Of a DNA stretch of 64,000 bases, positions 11,466-23,330 are shown one piece after another; position 1 is the first letter of the stretch; the number at the start of each line of letters is the position of its first letter. This DNA is from Folioceros fuciformis (Eukaryota), in contig JBNGIO010006113.1 in NCBI GenBank assembly GCA_049999805.1, forward strand, positions 1 through 64,000, in the 5' to 3' direction. The translations under genes were made by a program, and so were the position numbers. The notes under the pieces were generated by a model that saw only the letters and a program-made list of their open reading frames with translations, was not told where the DNA came from and made no database searches.

Positions 11466-14400
11466 CAGCTCATGTCGAGGTTATTGCGGTCGATTTTGCT
11501 GAAGTCGATGAGACCAATTTTGCGGTCGCTTCCCAGGATGTTGTTGATTCAGCTGATGAGGCACCTCCAGCATTAGTTTTTGCTTCGCCTGAACGACGTT
11601 ATTCATCTAGAAATAGACCTCTTAGGGATCAGTGGCACGAAGTACCTTATGCAGCAACTGACTGGCGAGCTCCACGAATTGCTTCAGTTCGTCGCAACCC
11701 TGTCGATTTTGGTACTGGTTATCCTCCAGAGCCTCGTACATATTAGGAGGCGATTACAAGCGAAGACAAGGATCACAGGATTCCTTCTATCAAAGATGAA
11801 TATGATTCTCTAATAACAAACGAGACATGGGAGCTTTGTCCCTTACCTGCTGAGAGGAAAGCTATGAGCTGCAAGTGGGTGTTTAAGCACAAGCTTAATG
11901 CACAAGGCCAAATAGCTAGATATAAGTCTAGACTTGTGGCTCGTGGTTTTTCATAGGTTGCACGTGTCGACTACACAGAAACCTTCAGCCCTGTAGTCAA
12001 AACTCAATCTATTAGGCTCATACTAGCACTTGCATCTGCTCGAGATTGGGACTTAGAGCAGATGGACGTATCTACAATATTCTTGTACGGGGAGCTTGAA
12101 GAAGATATATTTATGGAGCAGCCTGAAGGTTTTATTGACCCTGAACATCCAACATGGGCATGTAAGCTGAAGAAGACTATCTACGGCCTAAAGCAGAGTG
12201 CACGTGAGTGGTACAAAACCATTGATGCTCACCTGAAGTCTATTGGTTTTCTCCAGAATCCCGCAGATGCCAACGTATATGTCTACTTTAAGGATGGGAA
12301 AATGGTACTATTAGCTCTCTATGTCAACAATGCGATTCTAGCATCAAACAATCGTGAGCTACTAACATGGGTTAAGGAAATGCTCCATAGACAGTATGAT
12401 ATGAAGGACATAGGAACACTTACTTTCGTGCTGGGAGTTCAATTGTTGAGAGACAGACTAAACAAGCTCCTGGTCCTACATCAGACAAAATTTTGTGAGC
12501 GAAACCCTCCGGCGTTTTAACTTACACAGTGCACGACCTGGAAACACTCCTGGCACTGTTGGTTTCAAGCTTACCTCTGAGCAATCACCCAAGGATGATG
12601 ACGAGATTGAAGCTATGTCCTCTGTTCCGTATCGGCTCGCAGTAGGATATCTGAACTATATTGCTTGCTGGACACGCCCGGATATACAACATGTTGTCAG
12701 CTCCGTTGCTCAGTTTCCGGAACGACCTGGCAAAGAGCACTAGGGCGCTGTCAAACGCATCATGCGTTATCTCAAGGGCACCGCAACATATGGACTGTGT
12801 TACAGAGGGGGCGCACCTGATGGTTTCACACTTGTAGGTTACGCTGATGCCGATTGCGCCTCAGACCTCGAAAGTAGACGCAGCCTGTCCGCCTACTGCT
12901 TCTTCCTCTCAGGCGCAGCTATCAATTGGAGTTCAAAGAAGCAGGCTTCTGTAGCTCTGTCCTCCACTGAGGCTGAGTACAAAGCCCTTATGGATGCAGC
13001 TAAAGAAACTGAATGGGAGAGGAGTTTCCTGGCCGGTCTTCATGTCTCATAGCCCTAGCCCACTACAGTCTTTTGTGACAACCAGTCCACCATAGCCCTT
13101 GTACGGAATCCGCGCTTTCATGCACGCACGAAACACATAGAAATCCAGCACCATTTCATGCGCCACTCTGTTGACAGGAAAGTAGTAAGAATTGAGCATG
13201 TATCAACTGACCTTAATGTCGCTGATCTACTCACGAAGACACTGCCTGGTCCTAAGCATACCTTTCATTTAGGACAGATGGGATTGGTAGATCACACCAA
13301 TGTCTTCTCTTCTCCTACCCTCCCACGTTAGGGTTCTTCAAATCTGGAGATTCTCTTCTCAGCTCTGACAACAGGTTGCCGCGGATAAAGCTTCAGCTCA
13401 ATATCAAATCGCTGCACAGTTGCACTGATTTTTATGCTGGCGAGAGGACATGCAATACCTCTGCCACTCAGCTTTTGGTGCTTCGTCACTTGCCCTGCCA
13501 CAACTACAAGTCTTCCAGTTCCACTGACAATTTGCAGATTGATTCTCAACCGTGAACTGTGGACGTTGAAGTGCACAATTATTACGAAACAGCTATGTCC
13601 TTAAGGGGGTGTGTTAGGATAAATAATCGTTGATTATTTATATGCTAAGTACATAGTGTTTCATATTTAGATACACTTATAAAGTGAAGGGGCACCAAGC
13701 CCAATTGACACATATAATATACATTTTTGTTACATACATATTATTATTCAGTCTACTTGCTGTGTTGCTAGGACTACATCTTAGAGGTCCTACGTTCACA
13801 ACACAAAATGAAGTTTCTAGTCAAAATCAGACCTGGTCATTGTATGACCTTCCTCGTGACCGCAAGCCTGTGGGCTCCAAGTGGGTCTTCAAAACCAAGT
13901 TGGATAAATTGGGAAATCTAACAAGACACAAAGCAAGGTTACTGGCGAGGGGTTTTACACAGATTATATTGAAACGTCTGCACCATCAGCCGTTCCGTAC
14001 AGTTATGGCAATCGCAGCCCATGAAGATCTCGAGCTCCACCAGCTGGATGTAAAGACCGCCTTTCTTCATGGAGTTCTTGAGGAAGAAGTTGATATGACA
14101 TAGCCACCTGGTTTTGAGAAGAAAGGAGTTGAGCACAAGGCATGTCGTTTGCACAAAACCATATACGGTCTGAAACAAGCACGAAGGGCGTGGAATTAGC
14201 GGATTCATGCCTTACTTGTCAAGCTGGGTTTCAAGCAAAGCGAGGCAAATGTTAGCTTGTACACGTTGAACAAGGGGAAGACATACCTGTTCTTAGTGCT
14301 ATATGTTGACGACATGCTGCTGGCCTCAAACTCTCTGCATCTTCTGATCACTATGAGAGACCTGCTCATGAACCAGTTCAAAATGACACATTTAGGTGAG

Positions 14401-15376
14401 GCCAGATACTGTGTTGGTATTCGCATTCAAAGGAACAGGCAAGCTAGAACTCTTTCACTAACACAAGAGAAGTACCTGCGGGAGTGTCTTGCATAGTTCA
14501 ACATGTTAAGCTACAAGCCGTGTTCCACACCAATGGTGGCTGGACAGAGGTTAACTAAGGCAATGTGCCCAGTAACTACTGAGGAGAAGGCAGCTATGGT
14601 TGGAATTCCCTATAGGGCTATTGTAGGTAAGATTTTGTATTCGGGAAATACAACTCGACCGGAAACCCTAGTTGCATCTGGGAACTAATCCTTGTTCCTA
14701 GAGAGTCCTGGAATGGCACATTGGGTAGCAGCCAAATGGGTCCTACGATACTTTGTAGGGACTCTGACAGTAGGGATTAATTTTGCAGGACAGATAGGAA
14801 GCATACTTACCTTGCAAATATTCTGTGACTCAGACTATGCTGCAGACATTGATACTCGGAGGTCAATCTCTGCATTTGTGTAAACCCTTGCAGAAGGTCC
14901 TCTAGACTGGCAATCGAGAAAGCAGCCTACAGAGGCCCTCTCAACTACTGAAGCAGAATATAAAGTCCTTACCGAAGGATCTAAGGCAGCAATGTGGTCG
15001 AGGCGGCTACTAGCAGAATTAGGACATGTTCAAACTGAACCTACGCTGCTACACTGTGATAACCAAGCCTTGGCTGTGGCTTTGGCAAAAAGCCCCGTCT
15101 TTCACTCTCAAACATGCCACATAGGAGTGCAGTACCACTTCATAAGAGAAGCCATTGATGCATAGGAGGTGGCAGTTACCTATGTGGCCACGGCTGATAA
15201 TCCAGCAGATGTATTGACCAAGCCCTTAGCACGGAAGCTACACTACAAGCATATGAAATCTTTGGGTCTCTTACCCACTCAGTCTGCTGCTACGGGAAGC
15301 CACTCGGCCAACTTGTGTATCACTCTGAGTCGAAGGAGTAATTGGCACATCTCTACCATCACGAGCTATGTGGGAG

Positions 15377-15630
15377 TGTTAAGGTTGAATGCATTGTGTG
15401 CAGCTTCGTAGGGTAGATATGTTAGGGCAGGCTCATTTCAGGGCACGTTTGGTGCCAAGAATAATATTAAGATATGAAACAGTAAGAACCTGTTGACCTA
15501 ATCGTCGAATATCAGTGGGCATGAATAGGCCGTTGCAGCCTGCACCCAAAAGGGGCTGCCGGCAGACATTCATGTGCGCTCTCTCATTTTACTAAGCATT
15601 TGCGTGCAATCTAAGTGTCCTAATTTAACA
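15377..15630 (+). repeat. 3' LTR of copia B
   Basis: Preceded by purine tract GTGGGAG; followed by TSD GGTAA. Confidence 0.96.
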
Positions 15631-15656
15631 GGTAAATTGGCCTTTAAGTGGGAGGT

Positions 15657-15930
15657 TGTAGGGTTATTAAAGCCCAATGTGCTTAGACTAATGTGTTTAG
15701 TCTAAGATTAGTGTCCAATTAAGTATCATTAGTTTAGATTAGCTTAAGCTAATCTGTAGGAAGCTTCTTACACAGCTTTCTGTGCGCTTCTTGTGAAGCT
15801 TCCTTGGGAGCTCTTCTAGAGGGTATAAGTACCCCCTTGAGCTCCCTTGCTATTGAGACATTGTGAGAGTGTGACCTCTCTTTCTCCTCTCCTCCTTCAC
15901 CATGTGGTTCCTCTAGTGATCCTTCACTAC
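15657..15930 (+). repeat. Probable 3' LTR of copia A (right end uncertain)
   Basis: Removing element B rejoins the A 3' UTR to a PPT-like AAGTGGGAGG (15646-15655), followed by TGTAGG at 15657 and a TATA-like TATAAG. Confidence 0.6.
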
Positions 15931-15934
15931 CTGG

Positions 15935-18100
15935 AGGTAGTAGTAGTTGAGCTGGTAGGTAGTAGGGACAATAGTGGATGAGTCCTGACTTAGGTAAGAG
16001 TCAGTAGTAGTAGAAGTCCACGTTACTTGGCACAAATCATTCCCTTGAGAGCGAATCATACGGCTACAACAACATAGAGGATGAATGTGGATCTCATGGT
16101 GTCCTCGGACACAACATTTCACTCCACATTCGTGCGCCGTTGCTGGGGAATGAATTGCTCTCAAGAACCCAAAATAGGCCAGAAATTATTGCATCTTAAA
16201 ATAGAACTTATATAAGGTTTGATAAAGATGATGTCTTGGACTTGATACCGCCCGCAATCAAGGGCACTCCGCAGATTGACCATTTTTAGACTAGACTTTA
16301 TGGCGGGTTGTGGCTCCCGCTCAAAAAACTTTTGTACAAAGAGGCCTGTTGGTGCCTCTTTAAGCAGCCAATATTGGAGACACTTCCCGGTCGAGATCCC
16401 CGCGTTGCCAAGGAGGATAGCATGCGCGAGAACCTCCTAGGAGAGGTCATGAGCATTGCTCCGCGACCGGTGTTGAGGGGGACGAATCTGGAGAACCTGC
16501 TAGCACAAGAGGTTCACCCTCCCCTATCCCTAGAGTTATCCGTCATGTCCGAAATTTGAGTGTGTGTGCAAGACCACCTTTATTGGGTTGAGATCCCCGT
16601 GCTGCAAAGGAGGATAGCGTGCGCAAGAACCTCCTAGAAGGAGTTGAGAACGCTGCTCTGTGGTTGGTAGTGAGGGGGATGAATCCACAGAAGTTGCTGG
16701 CACGGGAGGTCTCTCCTCCCTTATCCCCCGAACTAATGGTCGTGTTCCAAAATTCTAATTGTGAAAGCAGGCGAGGATGAAGGAGTGAGTTGAGTGAGTT
16801 GGGTGAGATGCGTGAGTAAGTTGAGCAAAGAAGATGAGAGAACGAGAAGGAGGGAAGTGAGGCCGATCATAGAACACAATGCGAGGTGTGAGGCAGGAGA
16901 CTGAAATGGAGACGATGGACTAGCTGAACTAATTGGAAGTGGAATGCGACTGCTGTGAGATCGGGGACGTTACTAGAGAGTGGGGAGGCCTTCTGGGGAA
17001 GCCTGGAAAGGTCTCTGAGCGTTGTGTGAGATTGCTGGAGACTTTTGGAGATTAGAGGGAGCTAGGGGAAAATTATTGAGAGGTTGCCAGGAATCTGTGG
17101 GTTGTATTAGAGGCCTCGGGAGTGGAGCCTAGGAAGGGCAAGTGTGCATCGGAGTTTTGCATGTGGGAGAGACTTGCGTGTGTCTGTGGGATAGTGGCTG
17201 GTCTGTAGGGTCCTGTCCTCTAAGGATCGGCGTTGGCATGTGTGGAAAGCATCTAATAAGACCAAATCGGTGAGTCTGGACGCTCTGGGGTAGGAGCCCG
17301 TGGCGGAGCTCCGAGGCGGCGCATACACTAGAAAGTACTAGTTAGGGGGTAGTGTGGGTCCCACCACGGTCATGGGGGCCGTTTTCAGTCGTGGAAATAG
17401 TGACTGCAGCTGTAGAGTAGGGTCCGTGGTAGCTGAGCTAACTGGGGGTAGTAGTAGTTGAGCTAGTAGGTAGTAGGGAGAATAGTAGGTGAGTCCTGAG
17501 TTAGGTAAGAGTCAGTAGTGGCATTATCCCACGTTACTTGGCACAAATCATTCCCTTGGGAACGAATCATACGACTACAACGATATAGAGGGTGAATGTG
17601 GACCTCACGGTGTCCCCGAACACAACATTTCCGTCCATAGCTACAAAGATGGGTAGCTCGATATTCTTGGAAGGAAGGCAAGCTATTCATCAAGGAACAT
17701 GGACTTTCTAAGGAAGTGCTTGCCCCAGCAAATAGGGAAGCGATTGTGACAAGAGTGCATGACATGATGGGACACTTTGGAGTGAAGAGAACCCACCACA
17801 TGCTTAAGATGACATTCTCATGGGCAGGAATGTACACTGATGTGGAGCGGGTGGTGGCTAGATGCGTTGCTTGTGATGTCGTGAAGGCGAGGTTTGGAGA
17901 ACTAGATCTAGTGCTGCACTCACTACCCATAAGAAGACTACTCTACAAGTGTTCGGTCGACCTGATGACTGTGGGTGGTTGGTTAGACGGCCTACGACTA
18001 AGCTAGGCTACAAGCATTGCATGCTTATGATTGAGCATTTTTCGAAGTGGGTGGAGATTGCATTGTTGTCTGCAAGAACAACTCATTACATGTCCAGAGC
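15935..18100 (+). mobile_element. Ty3/gypsy remnants: two related LTR 3' portions (about 15935-16128 and 17450-17639), a PBS-like site and an integrase fragment
   Basis: About 190-bp direct repeat; GTGCGCCGTTGCTGGGGA at 16132-16149 resembles a tRNA-Asp PBS; integrase HDMMGHFG...CVAC and IEHFSKWVE at 17716-18070. Confidence 0.75.
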
Positions 18101-19851
18101 TGTTAGCCCCAAAAATAATCATCGAAGGATTACTCTGATGTCTCACCGGACTCATCTATGGAGTCCGAAGGAAAGGCTTGGATTTTAATTAATGGGTATT
18201 TTCGGTGAACCCTGGTTCATCGGAGTAGAAGACATGCCGAACTCCAGGCCGCTAGAAGGACAACCGAACTGACAGTAAGGACAGTCCGTTCAAGATATGG
18301 TGCTCTTCCATCATGTAGAAAGTCAGGTGTAACCGTCTCAAACAGTTGCAGGCGTATTGGCGACATCGGGCATAAGGTCTTCTTTCGCTCCACTCCACCT
18401 ATGCTCACCTCACCCACTTGTTTCCGCTTTCTGGTTTTGCTTTCACTCATTCTCAGAGCACGGTTTAGGGTAACCACCCGTTGGTTCCTCCTTCACGTTC
18501 TAAGGCTTGTAGGACCTCTCCACCATGTCTCCCTGGTAGTTTTTTGGGATTGGCAGCACATGGAGCCTCAACACAAAGTAGATTCAATCGTGCTCCTATC
18601 CAAATTTTGCTCCTTGGATAGTGGCGGCAGGGGATCTCATGAAGCAATGGGAGTTGGGCATCTTCTAGTGCCCCTCGAGCATGAACTCCACGGCCACTGT
18701 TTGGGGATTCGCCCGGACCATGCTACAATATGCTCGCGGCAAGCCTACTTCCTCCAAGGTTCGAGACAATCCCATTATATGGACTGTCCTGATGATGGGC
18801 AAGGTATATCGACAGCCAGTAGAGGAGCGTGGCGGGCTCTATCTTAATTCACAGCGCAACAAGGACATGGTCAAGGAGGCAGCGGTACCGCTCTTGCAAG
18901 ACGACTCCACCAAAACCACCAATTGGTGGTTGATTCATTACCTTACGGACCCTCGGATCAGGGGAGTGGTTGTTGCACTATCTGGCTACACCACTTGCAC
19001 CTTGGGCCTTCCGTCTCTACTTAGGCCGAGCATATGCATCGCCTCCAGACTTGAGATCCATTGTTCCTCCAATCTTTGGAGTAGATGAGACTTTCCATCT
19101 CTTTTTCAATAATAGAAAATATTTCGTACCTTGTGAATGAAACCCTAAACCCTAAAACCCTACTTTATATTTTGGTGGCCTTTTTTTAATAGTGCATCTT
19201 CATCCTTCTATAAAGGAGCTTTGGTTTACCATGGTTTACAAGCTGGGAACCAATGCAACAAGTCTAGCGGCTTCAATACTACTTTATTATCTATTATCTT
19301 TAAGGATCATATTTATTTATTTATCATTAGGCGTATGCAGCCGTGAGGCTATGACGCCGGAACGTGAATCAAAACATGATTGAATGGACACTTTAGGAAA
19401 GTGCACAAGAAAGAGGATTAGAGCAAACAAAATAGCAAAACTAGATAGTTATGTCAGTAAGCCTAAGTTAAGTAATCGCCAATCACCTTGAAGTAAGAGA
19501 GAAGTTTTTTCCTGAGTTTGGGAACACTAAGAAGTTGGCGGATATCGTAGTAAGAGCCTTGAAACATCTGGATCCAAGTGTTGCGAGTGGCCATACATTG
19601 GCCAAGGATGTGGTGACGAGTTTCTTTTGAAGACCTGCATTTCCAACAAAATGGATCCTCTTCAATGTTGAATCTCTTAAAGTAAGCCCCAATAGCCATT
19701 TGCCCAGTCCGAAGCTGGGTGAGAAATGATGAGAGCTTACGGTCATGGAGACCAAGGCGTTGTAGCACCGAGGCCGAAGGGCCACCAAGCACCACCCTCT
19801 TAAGCGCAGAAGCCTTAGTTGAGGAAAGGTGGAGAAAGGTTCCATGAGAAA

Positions 19852-20277
19852 GGTCCCAGCAGGTATGCTCGCACTCAAACCTTTCACAGAAGATCATGGT
19901 CGGTCGATGGTGCTCCCCTTTTACGGGGATCCCACCTGTCAGGTTCCTTGCGCCTCAATGGGTTTGCCACCCACCGGCTCGCATACATGTTAGACTCCTT
20001 GGTCCGTGTTTCAAGACGGGTCGGATGGAAAGCTCAATACGCCAGCGTCCAGAGCGCGCAGGTGCCCGAGGGCCCGCCGAAAGGAGCGCGCTTCCTTCCT
20101 CGGCCAACACAACGGCATAGGCCGGCAACTGAAGCCGGCTCTTGTCCCGCCGCATCGGCCCACGCTGACCAGCGCCCCGCGCTAATCAGTGGACCAGCTT
20201 CTCGCCGTTCCGCATCAAACCGAGGCACACCCGCAGCTTCCATTCGCTTCCCTCTCAGCAATTTCAAGCACTCTTTC

Positions 20278-20323
<46 letters not shown>

Positions 20324-20667
20324 CGCTATCGGTCTCTTGCTAGTATTTAGCCTTGGATGGAATTTACCACCCGCTTAGGGCTGCATTCCCAAACAGCCCG
20401 ACTCGCCGATAGCGCCTCGTGGAGCAACAGGGTCCAAGCTCGACGGGGCTCTCACCCTCTCTGACATCCCGTTCCAGGAGAACTTGGGCTCGGTCCGTTG
20501 CAGAGGACGCTTCTCCAGACTACAATTCGCACAGCAACACCGTGCAATTTTCAAGCTGGGCTATTTCTAGTTCGCTTGCCGTTACTAGGGAAATCCTGGT
20601 TAGTCTCTTTTCCTCCGCTTAGTGATATGCTTAAACTCAGCGGGTAGCCTTGCCTGATTTGAGGTCA
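19852..20667 (-). rRNA. 25S/28S rRNA 5' fragment (about 815 nt), dispersed non-functional copy
   Basis: Reverse complements of conserved LSU motifs: GATATGCTTAAACTCAGCGGGT, CTCTTTTCAAAGT, GGTACTTGTTCGCTATCGGT, GGTCCGTGTTTCAAGACGG; ends abruptly at GGGACC. Confidence 0.95.
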
Positions 20668-20960
20668 GATTGGATGCCAGACCGGCGCGATCACCGCGCC
20701 CACCTGATTCGAGTACCTTCGGGCCGGCGCATGAGGACGGCCGCGCAAACAGTTTCCGCCCAGTCGGGCGAAATCACCTTGGCCGCGGGGCCTCGCCACG
20801 CCCTGCCCAGACTCCCTGCATTTTAGCCGACCGGGACACCTCCCTCCTTCGCCTTCGCGCTTTGGGGGGCTCCCGGACAGCCAGCCATTCACTTCGCCGC
20901 ATCTTTTCCCCCACCCCTCCGCCGGAGCAGCGGGTGAGGGGACGGGCGTTTGCGAGCACA
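20668..20960 (-). other. ITS2 of the rDNA fragment
   Basis: GC-rich spacer between the 5.8S and LSU sequences. Confidence 0.85.
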
Positions 20961-21117
20961 CGATGCTCAGGCAGACATGCCCTTGGAACAAGTCCTCGGG
21001 CGCAACTTGCGTTCAAAGACTCGATGATTCGCGGAATTCTGCAATTCACACTACGTATCGCATTTCGCTGCGTTCTTCATCGTTGCAAGAGCCAAGATGT
21101 CCGTTGCTGAGAGTAAA
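20961..21117 (-). rRNA. 5.8S rRNA (dispersed copy)
   Basis: TTGCGTTCAAAGACTCGATG, ATTCTGCAATTCAC and CGCATTTCGCTGCGTTCTTCATCG on the + strand. Confidence 0.96.
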
Positions 21118-21393
21118 CTTGCTTTAGTCTCTTTTTCTCGTTTGCGGCTTTTCAGCACGCACACGCTTCTTCAGGCTCCAACACGGAGCCTCCCGGCTCG
21201 TGCACACTTGTCTCTTGTGCTTTGAGGGCAAAAGGGGACCCCCGGCAGCCGCAGCTCCCGGGAGGAGGGGGTCCAACCCGGTCTCGCCCCATTGAGGGAC
21301 GGGACATACGCCACAGGGGGGGGGGTTGTCCCGACACACCGCATCGCCAAGGCCAGCGTGCGCTGACTGGCTTCCCTCGTCGCAAGCGACGGT
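21118..21393 (-). other. ITS1 (partial; no 18S 3' end present)
   Basis: GC-rich sequence 5' of the 5.8S; LINE coding sequence resumes at 21394. Confidence 0.75.
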
Positions 21394-23330
21394 AAACGCC
21401 ACTCCTGTAGACTTGCAGCATGAATTTGCTGGCGAGCTCTAGACTCTTATAGGATCCGGTCTTCGCGGGAAATGGGAAGAAGAGTGGCAGCCTTGGCGGT
21501 TACATTTGCATGCTCATTACCAACAATATTATGATGGCCCGGAATCCAGTGGAGATTAAGGGAAACCTCTGGATGAGCTACCGAGAAGGCATGGAGAGAT
21601 GTTCTAGCCTGGAGAGATATGGCTTGGGCTGGGCGAGCCGAAGTGTCCGTTAAAGACATGATAGCTGCTTGATTATCAAGGAAAATTGTAATTGACGAAA
21701 TCATGGGGATGGAAGCAAATAGGGTGGGTAGGCATGAAATTGCTTTGACTACATAGAGGAGTTCTGCCTCATAAACCCCATAGTATGTTTCTAAACCAAA
21801 AGATAATTGATGGACAATATCCCCTTTGAAGTAGAAAACAGCCGCGCCCCCGGCAAGACCATTCAGAAGAGAACCATTAGTGTAAATGGCAAGGGCATCA
21901 GGAGTCAAAAGATGTAGGGAATGTGAGGCAATAGTAGAAGTGGGAGATTGTAAAATTACGATGGTTGTGGGTAAAGAAAGAGGAGAGGACCAGGGAGGCA
22001 CGAGTCGAGGAAAAATAGTCTCAATGACAGTGGAGGTGGGCAGTCCTAAAGCGGAGTATAGAGTACTAGGGGAAAGAAGTGTGAGGCGATTGCGGATAGC
22101 ATTGTGGTAGCGTTTTTTGTAGTAAGTCGTAGGAAGAAAGACTTGATGGATGGGGTGAGAGGGAAGGCAGGAGACGTTGCAGAGGAGAGAATGGAGAGAA
22201 TGGCGTTGGAGGCGCAACTCCGTGGGCAGAAGAAAAGCTTCAAATTCCAGGGCATCAGTGGAGGTACTTCGAAACGCACCAGTAATGGCCCTACAGGCAA
22301 GACGCTGGACCTGTTGGAGGTGTTGAATGTGTGTACGACCTCCGTTGAACCAGACATTGCAGCCGTAATCGAGCTTGGGCAGGACAACACTGATGTATAA
22401 GTGTCAAAGAAGCTTGGCATTGAGGCCCCAAACTGAATTCCCAAGAGAGATTATAGCTGACAAAGTACGCATTGTGGAAGCCGAAACCTCATGAACATGC
22501 GTGTTCCAAGTTAACTTGGAATCCAAATAGAAGCCCAAAAACCTAATACACTCGGAGGGAGTGATAAGGGAACCATCGGGTAACGAAAGAGTCTTGGGTA
22601 CAATACTAGGTTGGCCCTTTATTATCTATTATCTCTAACGATCATGTCTTGGGTACAATACCGTGATTATCGAAGTGGGATTGGTGGAGGGTGGAGGCTA
22701 GTCCCATTCTTTGGCTTCAGCCGTATCTTGGTTTTCCTCTTGATGTTAGGGGTAGATGGTTTCTCATCATTGTTGTTTATTTTTCCAAATATAATATGTA
22801 AATTCACTAAAGAAATCTATATATAAAAGTAGAACTGACATATAAATAATTATACTTCACAAAAAATATAAATATGATTTGTAAATGTGTTTATAGTATG
22901 GAAAAAGAAACATGTGAAATAAGCGTAAATGCATTACCAATTTTAACCCACCACGATTGTTCAAAGTGCCACTTCATCTGCTGCTTGATTCTCCGTTGTT
23001 GAGTGTTTTGATTTGCCATGGCATAAGAGTTTGATGCAAGTAGAATTTCAACCGTTGGCTCACGGTAGTGGACTTCGGTAGGTGTAGGTGGATGCACGGA
23101 TGCACATGGGAGTGGTTTGGCGCGGAAGATGTGAGGTACATGGGTGCGGGAGCGGCAGGTTTTGGAAGTTTCCGAAGCGTATGGTGTAGGGAGCGCGCGA
23201 GGATCTAGGTTCGCATGCCTGGCCTGTTCATGTGTAGTACCAGTGGAGTAGGCATTTTGGCATTTTGGTGTGTGTTGTTGCGCAAGTTGCTAGGCATGGT
23301 GCCGCATCTTCCGACAGCGGTCTCTCAACG

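Larger units (their letters stand above)
6254..13823 (+). mobile_element. Ty1/copia retrotransposon C, inserted at the start of the RT region of B
   Basis: LTRs 6254-6470 and 13612-13823; TSD AAATC (6249-6253, 13824-13828); PBS TGGTATCAGAGC 6471-6482; PPT AAGGGGGTG before the 3' LTR; excision restores B's frame (SLEEN-QTW). Confidence 0.97.
2889..15630 (+). mobile_element. Ty1/copia retrotransposon B, both LTRs present, inserted in the 3' UTR of A
   Basis: 254-bp TG...CA LTRs at 2889-3142 and 15377-15630; TSD GGTAA (2884-2888, 15631-15635); PBS TGGTATCAGAGC at 3143; gag-protease ORF 3924-5924 (CRWCGLPNHWEREC, WFLDSGA); RT/RNase H 13829-15280. Confidence 0.97.
19311..22590 (-). mobile_element. 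5'-truncated non-LTR retrotransposon (LINE, I/Tad1-group-like): end of RT, RNase H, C-terminal CCHC finger, 3' hairpin and (TAAA)n tail; interrupted by an rDNA fragment
   Basis: RFLGFYLDSKLTW, AITGAFRST, RNase H YTNGS/YEAEL/LDNQAAI/HWIPGH..GNE, TQLRTG...CWKC...ETRHHILGQC; tail reads ATTTATTTATTTAT on + at 19311-19324. Confidence 0.9.

Noticed and set aside
18217-19088. Short ORFs that could be a decayed gene
   Set aside because: No recognisable motif and no clear exon structure.
19140-19162. Telomere-like AAACCCT repeats
   Set aside because: Only about three imperfect units, too short to indicate a chromosome end or fusion.
19852-21393. Functional rDNA locus, or an R1/R2-type insertion into rDNA
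   Set aside because: There is no 18S and the LSU is truncated; LINE sequence flanks the rDNA on both sides.
19819-21421. Several 66-174-aa ORFs
   Set aside because: They are spurious translations of rRNA and ITS sequence.
19282-22645. 29-bp direct repeat as the LINE TSD
   Set aside because: The right copy starts 26 bp beyond the LINE end and is part of a longer tandem unit.
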